Assembly (NCBI GenBank): GCA_029856155.1
Contig: JAHQWL010000005.1
Location: 1-11,979, forward strand
DNA length: 11,979 nt
DNA from: Promethearchaeia archaeon
GTDB taxonomy: Archaea; Asgardarchaeota; Lokiarchaeia; Sigyniarchaeales; SOKP01
Direction: 5' to 3'
The notes under the pieces were generated by a model. That model saw nothing but the letters and a program-made list of their open reading frames with translations, had not been told where the DNA came from and searched no databases. Shown in pieces: positions 1-6,735 of this stretch (within the stretch, counting starts at the first letter, position 1; each line of letters begins with the position of its first letter). Position numbers and translations under genes: made by a program.

Positions 1-909
1 ATGGAATATCAAAACATTTCAATTGTTGGAATGCTGATTTGGAAAGTTATTGATCCTGAAAAAGCGTTTAGCGCCGTCTCATGGGTTCCTAGAGATGAGA
101 ATTATGTAGAAAAGATTCTTAAAAATGCTGCAGAAGCAATTATCCGAACTACCTGCGCTAATATGCCAATTGAAAAAATAATTCGAGAACGTCGAGAAAT
201 AATAACTATTGTAAGCAAAGAAATTCATGAATTAACGGCGGATTGGGGCGTTGTAATCGAATCAATTGAAATACGAGAGGTAAATATTCTAGAACCGGAA
301 TTAAAGAAGAATATGGAAGCAGTAAAAAAAGCAGTTGAAGCGAGAAAAGCGAGGATGGCTATAGCTGATGCTGAAAGGGAATCCAGATTAAGAGAATTGG
401 AAGTTCAAAATGAAGTTGGGATTCAAAATCAACAAGTTGAGAAAGAAATTGAATTGCGAAGAAAGGATAAGGAGATTGCTATTGCAGAACAAGAAAGAGA
501 ACGTAAGAAAATTGAAGCGGATGGTGATAGACAGAAAAAAATTATTGAAGTTGATGCTGATGCTCAACAAATAAAACGGAAATTAATTGCTCAAGCAGAA
601 GGTGAAGCGGAGAATATCAAACAACAAATGCTTGCTCAAGCTGAAGGTTTTAAGAAACAAGTTGAAGCAATGAGTACTGCGGATGAGAGATTCTTAGCCG
701 TTCAATTAACCAACATTTTACCCGAAATTTTTAAAAACCTGAGTCCGGACAAGATGTTTATCATGGGAGATGGAAATGAGGCATTCAGTTCACTTTCAAG
801 AGCAATTTTGCCATTCTTACAACTTTTACCAGAATATTCTGATAAAATCAAGGAATTCTTTAATAATGGCGGAGCTAAAAAAATGAAAGAAATTTTAGTC
901 AAGAAATAA
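1..909 (+). CDS. SPFH/band-7 (flotillin-like) membrane scaffold protein, probably 5'-truncated by the window edge
   Basis: Band-7 core (WKVIDPEKA...IIRTTCANMPIEKIIRERREI...ADWGVVIESIEIREV) followed by a long E/K/A-rich coiled coil with flotillin-like AEGEAE/AQAEG motifs. The first Met lies inside the domain, so the real start is likely upstream. Confidence 0.9.
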   Translation: MEYQNISIVGMLIWKVIDPEKAFSAVSWVPRDENYVEKILKNAAEAIIRTTCANMPIEKIIRERREIITIVSKEIHELTADWGVVIESIEIREVNILEPELKKNMEAVKKAVEARKARMAIADAERESRLRELEVQNEVGIQNQQVEKEIELRRKDKEIAIAEQERERKKIEADGDRQKKIIEVDADAQQIKRKLIAQAEGEAENIKQQMLAQAEGFKKQVEAMSTADERFLAVQLTNILPEIFKNLSPDKMFIMGDGNEAFSSLSRAILPFLQLLPEYSDKIKEFFNNGGAKKMKEILVKK

Positions 910-979
910 TTCCAATTTTTTTTTTAATTAATATATAATAGAGGAATTCTAAATGAACAAATAATAGGAGTGCCGTTAA

Positions 980-1879
980 ATGTTAGAAGATATTGAAAAA
1001 TTGTTGATTGAAGGAAATTTCCAGTTTCAAAGTCAAATTAATAAAAATCCGGAAATATACTCATTTGATCAAAGAATTCCAAAATATCCGATACTATTTC
1101 TTACTTGTATGGACCCTAGAATAGACGTCTACCAGATATTTCAATTTAATCCTGGAGATGTATTCATCTTAAGAAATGCGGGAAATATTTACACTAGAGA
1201 TATGATGAGATCTATTTTAATTGCCATTTACAAATACAAAATTAAATATATTATTATTTTAGGACACTTAGATTGTGGCATGACGAAGATGAATCTAAAT
1301 GAATTAAGAAAGAAACTCCCAAATAAATTTCTTAACCGTTTATCATTAAATTATTCAGATCTTCTTTCAAAATTATATGATTTTTTTAAACCTTTTGATA
1401 ATGAAATACGTAATATAATAGAGCAGATAAATGATTTACAAGAACTTAAAGCTTTTTTTTCTGACATAGAAATCACAGGAATGCTATATGATACTCAGAC
1501 TGGTTGGATTTTTAAAAGTGAGGATTTTAGAGATTTATTAATCAAAGAAAATCATTTTAAAATTTATGAAGGATTAATATTTGAAAAAAATCAAAAACTT
1601 TCTAAATTCCTAAAATTAAATAATAACAATATAAATGAAGCATCGAAAGAAGTAGTCGATAAAAACCAAGATGATGAATTAAATCTTAAAGAAGAAATTG
1701 ATTCTCTAAAAACAGAAGAGAGATGTATTATATCTATTAGAGAGGATGAACTTCAAAAATCTGATGATAAAGAAAACATTGGATTTCAAATAAAAATGCC
1801 AAAAATTCAAGTTCCAAAAATTAATATTCCTAAATTAAAAATTTATATTCCAAATAGGGTTAAAGTTAAGGATCGTTAA
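980..1879 (+). CDS. Beta-class carbonic anhydrase with long C-terminal extension
   Basis: Zn ligands TCMDPR (CxDxR) and GHLDCG (HxxC), plus LRNAGN motif. AGGAG SD upstream. Confidence 0.9.
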   Translation: MLEDIEKLLIEGNFQFQSQINKNPEIYSFDQRIPKYPILFLTCMDPRIDVYQIFQFNPGDVFILRNAGNIYTRDMMRSILIAIYKYKIKYIIILGHLDCGMTKMNLNELRKKLPNKFLNRLSLNYSDLLSKLYDFFKPFDNEIRNIIEQINDLQELKAFFSDIEITGMLYDTQTGWIFKSEDFRDLLIKENHFKIYEGLIFEKNQKLSKFLKLNNNNINEASKEVVDKNQDDELNLKEEIDSLKTEERCIISIREDELQKSDDKENIGFQIKMPKIQVPKINIPKLKIYIPNRVKVKDR

Positions 1880-1939
1880 AAAAACTCTCTTTTTTAAAAA
1901 TTGTAAATATAATAAAAAGAAATTATTAAAAAGCTTATT

Positions 1940-2392
1940 TTATCCCTTGATCTTCTCACTATAATTTGTCAGGTTAGCCAGAATTCGTTTTAGATAATCT
2001 TCAAAAATATCAATATCCTCTTCAGTAAAATTTTTATAATAGAGATCTTTCATTTCATTAGATACTTGAAGAAATTTATCCTGTAGGGCTTTATTTTTTT
2101 TCGTTAACTTTATGTTAATGGTACGTTTATCATTAACATCACTTATCCGTTTTATATGGCCTGCTTTTTCAAGATTATCTAACATATAAGAAAGTGTTGC
2201 TTTACTTAACGAAGTCTTTTTTTTAAGTTCCTGGAAGGAGATGTTATCTTTTTGCCAAAGTGGAAACATTACTCTACCTTGAGCAGCACTTATTTCACTA
2301 ACATTAAAATCTTGAAGAATTTTAGCAAAAATCCGTTCTGATAATTTTCGGATTTTTGTAATCAAAAATCCTCCTTCCCTTACCTTTTCCAT
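1940..2392 (-). CDS. MarR family transcriptional regulator
   Basis: 150 aa. Winged HTH ELKKKTSLSKATLSYMLDNLEKAGHIKR..DVNDKRTINIKLT with the DxR wing motif. Confidence 0.93.
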   Translation of the reverse strand: MEKVREGGFLITKIRKLSERIFAKILQDFNVSEISAAQGRVMFPLWQKDNISFQELKKKTSLSKATLSYMLDNLEKAGHIKRISDVNDKRTINIKLTKKNKALQDKFLQVSNEMKDLYYKNFTEEDIDIFEDYLKRILANLTNYSEKIKG

Positions 2393-2863
2393 TTATTTTT
2401 CGCCTGGTTTAAATTGCACTTGATTTAACCTATAATAAAACCTTGCGTTTTTGGGAGATAATCTGAATAAGGCATAATCTGGATCATCCAAACCTTTTGG
2501 ATAATATCTTGTCCACCAATCTAACCAAATTTTTCGCTTTACATCCATATCGTCAATAAGTTCTACTTCTCCTCCAAACATAACTCCTTTAAAGTCTTCT
2601 GGATCACAGAAATACACAGAAATTTTAGGATTCCTCTTAATATGTTCCGTTTTGGATGAGGATGTATTAGTTGATATATAAATTTCAAATTTATTATTTA
2701 AACCAGCAAAAAACTCAACAAATTCTGGAAACTGTTCCTTATTTCTTAGGTTAAACATTGCTCTTGTTATAGGGTATCCCTCGGCATCAACTGTTGTTAG
2801 ATACGCTGCTTTAGAGGATTCCATTAGTTCCAGACTTAATTTTTTTGCTTCTTCTATTTCCAT
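2393..2863 (-). CDS. Pyridoxamine 5'-phosphate oxidase-like FMN-binding protein (general stress protein 26-like)
   Basis: AYLTTVDAEGYPITRAM, STNTSSSKTEHIKRNPKISVYF and YYPKGLDDPDYALF. Its stop abuts the marR start. Confidence 0.88.
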   Translation of the reverse strand: MEIEEAKKLSLELMESSKAAYLTTVDAEGYPITRAMFNLRNKEQFPEFVEFFAGLNNKFEIYISTNTSSSKTEHIKRNPKISVYFCDPEDFKGVMFGGEVELIDDMDVKRKIWLDWWTRYYPKGLDDPDYALFRLSPKNARFYYRLNQVQFKPGEK

Positions 2864-2892
2864 TTTATATACCTCTCTACTTTTTTTTTATT

Positions 2893-3234
2893 CTATTTTA
2901 CATTTCGCCTTATTTCATCTAATCTCTCCTTAGCTGAAGGAATCTTATCGAAAGTCATCTTTAAGTTATCACAGAAATAATCATCGCAATATGCACAATT
3001 TTCAAATCCTTTCTCCTGACAACAAATTCTTATTGGACACTCACTGCACCAAGCAAAATTTTTTGCTTCTGAAATACATCCATCACAATAAATATCTTCA
3101 GGTTTAAATGACATTGCTTCACTTGACCATTCTTTCGCGACTTTTTTAATTTCTTCATAATCGTCTTTTTGAGTGGCTAAATATGCAGGGCATTCTGAAC
3201 AGTCAATTCCACAATAAGCAATTATTTTTTCCAT
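2893..3234 (-). CDS. DUF3795-like cysteine-rich protein
   Basis: AYCGIDCSECPAY...CDGC...CSECPIRICCQEKGFENCAYCDDYFC pattern. Confidence 0.85.
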   Translation of the reverse strand: MEKIIAYCGIDCSECPAYLATQKDDYEEIKKVAKEWSSEAMSFKPEDIYCDGCISEAKNFAWCSECPIRICCQEKGFENCAYCDDYFCDNLKMTFDKIPSAKERLDEIRRNVK

Positions 3235-3296
3235 AATTCTATCCCTCTATTGATACATTTTAATTATAATTTTAATTTTGATTTAAAAAAAAATTT

Positions 3297-3866
3297 TTAT
3301 TTTTTAGGTTTATAACTTGTCCCTACTTCATATGCTTCTGCTAAATAATCCCCCATTTTCCTGTATGGACCATTTGGCATTAAAAATATAAATGAATCAA
3401 AATTTTTAACATCTGGCTCTTGATCTTTAACATATTTTTCATCTGAATAAATTTCAACGATCTCTCCAATAAATAATTCAGTATTTTTGAAATCTTTAAT
3501 GTCTACAAGTTTACACTCGATGTTTACACTACATTCCTTAATCATTGGAGCAGTCTTTAGATCCCCATAAAATAGTTCGAACTCCTTAGCTTTATCAACC
3601 TTTGAACCTGTATGTAGACCACAATAATCTGTCACAACATGCATATCACTAGTCGGAATATTGATACTAAATGTTCTATTTTCCTTAAGACCGGGGCTAG
3701 TGTAATGTTTTTTTGACATTGCAACACCAATCAAGGGTGGGTCATCATGGATCATGTTAAACCACACAACAGTTTTGAAGTTTGGCTTACCATTAACATG
3801 AGCGCCTAATAAACCTATTGGAAGAGGCATTAATGGCATCTTCCATCCTGTTTTAACTTTATTTAT
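3297..3866 (-). CDS. Flavin reductase-like (flavoredoxin family) protein; listed ATG at 3839, better-placed ATA at 3866
   Basis: GKPNF..V.W, PPLIGV, TFSINIP, DYCGLHTG, APMIKECSVNIECKL and LFIGEIV motifs. The frame is open for 9 more codons (INKVKTGWK) up to an ATA lying 6 nt after an AGGTGA SD. Confidence 0.9.
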   Translation of the reverse strand: MNKVKTGWKMPLMPLPIGLLGAHVNGKPNFKTVVWFNMIHDDPPLIGVAMSKKHYTSPGLKENRTFSINIPTSDMHVVTDYCGLHTGSKVDKAKEFELFYGDLKTAPMIKECSVNIECKLVDIKDFKNTELFIGEIVEIYSDEKYVKDQEPDVKNFDSFIFLMPNGPYRKMGDYLAEAYEVGTSYKPKK

Positions 3867-4006
3867 TTTTTTTCACCTTTATCAAATTTTTTAACATGAT
3901 ATAACTCATGAGAAACTATTTCTTTATATATGTCATTTTTTCGGGAAACTGATTTATTATAATAAATATAGTCATCAATTCCAAAACGAAAAGACATTGT
4001 TTCCAT
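3863..4006 (-). CDS. Unlisted 47-aa small ORF (METMSFRFGIDDYIYYNKSVSRKNDIYKEIVSHELYHVKKFDKGEKK), first gene of the operon or a gene remnant
   Basis: Translated by hand. AGGA SD about 8 nt upstream. Fills the gap between the operator and the flavin reductase. Its TAA overlaps the downstream ATA in a 4-nt ATAA arrangement. Contains HExxH (HELYH). Confidence 0.55.
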   Translation of the reverse strand: METMSFRFGIDDYIYYNKSVSRKNDIYKEIVSHELYHVKKFDKGEKK

Positions 4007-4038
4007 ATATAATTCCTACATTTTTAATGTTTTTTTCG

Positions 4039-4072
4039 ATTGTTCTAAATCGAACGTTCGATATAGAACAAT
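4039..4072. promoter_or_regulatory. 34-bp near-perfect palindrome, putative tandem MarR operator
   Basis: ATTGTTCTA-A-ATCGAACGTTCGAT-A-TAGAACAAT, one mismatched pair. Built from two abutting GTTC-N6-GAAC units. Lies just downstream of a minus-strand TTTAAATA box (4085-4092). Confidence 0.75.
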
Positions 4073-4212
4073 ATAATTCTTTCATATTTAAATCTATTGT
4101 TTTATACAGTGTAAAGTGAAATCACAAATCTGTAATTATTAAACCAAAATTATATAAATTCTTTTTAATTAATAGAATATCATTAAATTACACATCTCTT
4201 TAGTGAAAAATA

Positions 4213-4884
4213 ATGATTGAATACATCTTCTTTGTGTTATTCTTTATTTTTACTATAATTGAAGTGTTTGGTGAATATAAGGATAATGATAAAATTATCT
4301 ATATTACTAAACCCCTCTTAATGCCGATGTTAATACTATTTTATATTTTTGGAGTAATTGATATATCATCAATAGCTAATGTTAATTGGTTGATTGTAGT
4401 TGCGTTAATCGGTGGTTGTGCTGGAGATATCTTTTTAATGCTTAAAGATGAAGAAAAGTGGTTTTTGTTTGGAATGGGAGCGTTTTTAATTAACCAACTT
4501 TTCTATATTCTAGCGTTCTTCTTCTCCATAACAGATTATACGACATTTAATCCATGGGGTTTGTTTTTACTAGGGCCAGCAATCTTTATTCTGATTTTCA
4601 CGGTACCAAGATTCCTAAACAAATCCGGAGACATGAAAATTCCAGTATTAGTCTATATGGCAGCTATATTATTAATGCACATCGCCGCCCTAGTACGATT
4701 ATCAACAGTTCAAGGATTAGCATCAATTCTGATTTATGTAGGGTCCATATCTTTCATTTTTTCAGATTCTTCAATAGCAGTAAATAAATGGGCGGGGGAA
4801 TTTACCAACGCACGATTTATTATTATGACGACTTATGTTATGGCTCAATTCTACATTACTTTAGGCGCGCTGTTTCTCGCTTAA
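4213..4884 (+). CDS. yhhN: YhhN/TMEM86 (lysoplasmalogenase-like) membrane protein
   Basis: TKPLLMPML, AGDIFLM, FLFGMGAFLINQLFY, PVLVYMAAI, FIFSDSSIA and IMTTYVMAQFYI motifs. Polytopic hydrophobic profile. Confidence 0.9.
   Translation: MIEYIFFVLFFIFTIIEVFGEYKDNDKIIYITKPLLMPMLILFYIFGVIDISSIANVNWLIVVALIGGCAGDIFLMLKDEEKWFLFGMGAFLINQLFYILAFFFSITDYTTFNPWGLFLLGPAIFILIFTVPRFLNKSGDMKIPVLVYMAAILLMHIAALVRLSTVQGLASILIYVGSISFIFSDSSIAVNKWAGEFTNARFIIMTTYVMAQFYITLGALFLA
4738..4884 (+). repeat. Direct repeat copy 1 (3' 147 bp of yhhN)
   Basis: Ungapped match to 6274-6420 with 16 mismatches in 147 bp and a 47-bp identical core at 4747-4793. Confidence 0.95.
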
Positions 4885-4893
4885 TTTTAATTA

Positions 4894-4908
4894 TTTTTTT
4901 TTTTTTTT
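4894..4908 (+). terminator. Oligo-T tract, candidate archaeal terminator after yhhN
   Basis: Long T run about 10 nt after the stop codon. Low specificity in an AT-rich genome. Confidence 0.4.
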
Positions 4909-5104
4909 GAATTTTTTCTTTAGATACCTATAATTGTGCTCAATTTCAAAATTATCCATTAGAAATGAAAATAATTACCTAAAGAAGGCAATAACGAACA
5001 AAAATGATCATTATTATTTTTTTAGTGATAATCAACAAGAGATAAATTTTAAATACTCACTATTAATATTTAAAAACAAGACAAGAATTAATTAAAGAAT
5101 ATGC

Positions 5105-5368
5105 ATGACTCGTATTAAATCAAAACTTAAAGAATTACCAAAAACACTTGTGTTAGGAGTAATTTGCTTAATCTTAGGGATTTTAAGTTTAGTAGTAATA
5201 ATAGTTTATTTACCGAACACTCTCAGTCAATTTGGCAGGTTTGGAGTCTTTCGTACAATACAGTTAGTATTAAGTGTGGTTGTGTATATTACTGTCACTT
5301 TATTTCTATTGATTATAGGGATAATTTGGATCTATAAGAACAGAGGTGTTTTCCATTTCAGAAGCTAG
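5105..5368 (+). CDS. Hypothetical small membrane protein (2 TM)
   Basis: 87 aa with a basic N-terminus and two long hydrophobic segments. Confidence 0.7.
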   Translation: MTRIKSKLKELPKTLVLGVICLILGILSLVVIIVYLPNTLSQFGRFGVFRTIQLVLSVVVYITVTLFLLIIGIIWIYKNRGVFHFRS

Positions 5369-5825
5369 TGATATGACAATATTAGTTCTAAACATTTTTG
5401 TGTATCTCTTGAACTTTGGACTTACTCCGTTTATTATTCATAAAATGGCGTGTTATAAGAACGAGAGGAGAGGATATATATATCCTTATGTAATTATTAG
5501 TATTCAATACATAATTTCATTATTGATCATCTCTCGTATAAGTGCTTATATAACCTTTACTGCGTTCCCAACATATGTAGACTCATGGCTGAATTTTAGA
5601 AATATAGCTATCCAATGGTTCTTTCAGATCGTGTTTACTATCTTCTCTATATTGATCTCTACTATGCTTATCATTTATATCTACGATTTAGGATTAAAGA
5701 GAGCAATAATTATCTCTATATTAGTATATGCGGTTGGAACTCTTGGTTGTTCTTTTGTAAGCAGGATTTTAAGCATAATCTTTAGTATAATTACTACAGG
5801 AAGCATGAGTTATGGACCTATTTAG
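5346..5825 (+). CDS. Hypothetical membrane protein (~4 TM); alternative ATG at 5373
   Basis: Four hydrophobic segments. The in-frame ATG at 5373 avoids overlap with the upstream ORF. Confidence 0.72.
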   Translation: MFSISEASDMTILVLNIFVYLLNFGLTPFIIHKMACYKNERRGYIYPYVIISIQYIISLLIISRISAYITFTAFPTYVDSWLNFRNIAIQWFFQIVFTIFSILISTMLIIYIYDLGLKRAIIISILVYAVGTLGCSFVSRILSIIFSIITTGSMSYGPI

Positions 5826-5837
5826 GAGGTAAATATT

Positions 5838-6263
5838 ATGAATGGATTTATTTTTTTATTAGATATTGGGTTTTTAGTAGGTGTAATTTCTCTCAGTTCA
5901 TACTTCCTTATTTGGTTGATAAGAGAAAAAAAAACTGAACTTGAGGTTGGGGATTTTATCCTAAGAATTCTATTGTGGGTAGTAATTATAATTATTGCTA
6001 AAAATATACTATATTACTCCTTCACTGTACCCCTCTTTTCTCCATTACGTCCTTTCCTTAGTCTAATCCTCCTTATTATTGATACTTGTGCTGTATTTCT
6101 AATCCTATATATTGGATGTAAATTGAAATTTTGGGATACAATAACCAATGGAATAATTCTTATCGTCTTTAGAAGATTACTGGAACTGTTTTTTTATAAC
6201 GTGACATTATTTATTTCAAATAGTTATTTTGAGGGAGGATTCTATTTTTTTATTTATATTTAG
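5838..6263 (+). CDS. Hypothetical membrane protein (~4 TM)
   Basis: Strong AGGAGGT SD and four hydrophobic segments. Ends 10 bp before the duplicated yhhN segment. Confidence 0.78.
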   Translation: MNGFIFLLDIGFLVGVISLSSYFLIWLIREKKTELEVGDFILRILLWVVIIIIAKNILYYSFTVPLFSPLRPFLSLILLIIDTCAVFLILYIGCKLKFWDTITNGIILIVFRRLLELFFYNVTLFISNSYFEGGFYFFIYI

Positions 6264-6273
6264 ATAGAACCAC

Positions 6274-6420
6274 ATAGGTTCTATATCTTTCATTTTTTCA
6301 GATTCTTCAATAGCAGTAAATAAATGGGCTGGAGAATTTACCAACGCACGATTTATCATAATGACTACATATGTAATGGCTCAATTCTACATAACTTTAG
6401 GCTCATTATTTCTGGCTTAA
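6274..6420 (+). pseudogene. Orphan 3' fragment of yhhN (direct repeat copy 2)
   Basis: Translates to IGSISFIFSDSSIAVNKWAGEFTNARFIIMTTYVMAQFYITLGSLFLA*, 46/48 aa identical to the YhhN C-terminus. The 5' part of the gene is absent. Confidence 0.9.
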
Positions 6421-6616
6421 TTATTAACAAGAAATTTATAGTCTCTCAAATCTTCTTTTTTTTTTATCTTACTAGAATTAAAGTTGGTTTAACTAAATTA
6501 TAACCTCTTAAAAAATCAAATTAAAATCCTTGGAATTAAATAAAACCTAAACATGTAAGAAAATTTTTAATTTAGCAATAATTTAAAGTTAGTAGCATAG
6601 GATTTAAAAAAAAAGT

Positions 6617-6722
6617 GCCTCAATAGCTCAGCTGGTAGAGCGTTGCCTTGGTAAGGCAAAGGTCGGGGGATCATAATATGAGAGCATTTAGCTCGAAAAG
6701 GATAAGCCCCCTTGAGGCTCCA
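6617..6722 (+). tRNA. tRNA-Thr(GGT) with 30-nt intron in the T-loop; CCA encoded
   Basis: Acceptor GCCTCAA/TTGAGGC, D-stem GCTC/GAGC, anticodon stem TTGCC/GGCAA with loop TTGGTAA, T-stem GGGGG/CCCCC enclosing 37 nt (6670-6706) instead of 7, then T-CCA. Confidence 0.92.
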
Positions 6723-6735
6723 TTAAAACAAAAGA

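Larger units (their letters stand above)
4747..6329. mobile_element. Putative integrase-less genomic islet bounded by the duplicated yhhN 3' end (repeat period 1536 bp)
   Basis: Identical 47-bp cores at 4747-4793 and 6283-6329 flank three orphan membrane ORFs. No recombinase is encoded. Confidence 0.55.

Noticed and set aside
388-902. 60-aa and 66-aa antisense ORFs
   Set aside because: Shadows of the SPFH gene.
4554-4787. 77-aa alternate-frame ORF
   Set aside because: Nested in yhhN with no independent support.
4738-6420. Repeat pair as a diversity-generating retroelement TR/VR
   Set aside because: Mismatches are mostly third-position synonymous and include many non-adenine changes (G/T, C/T, C/G). 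No reverse transcriptase is present in the window.
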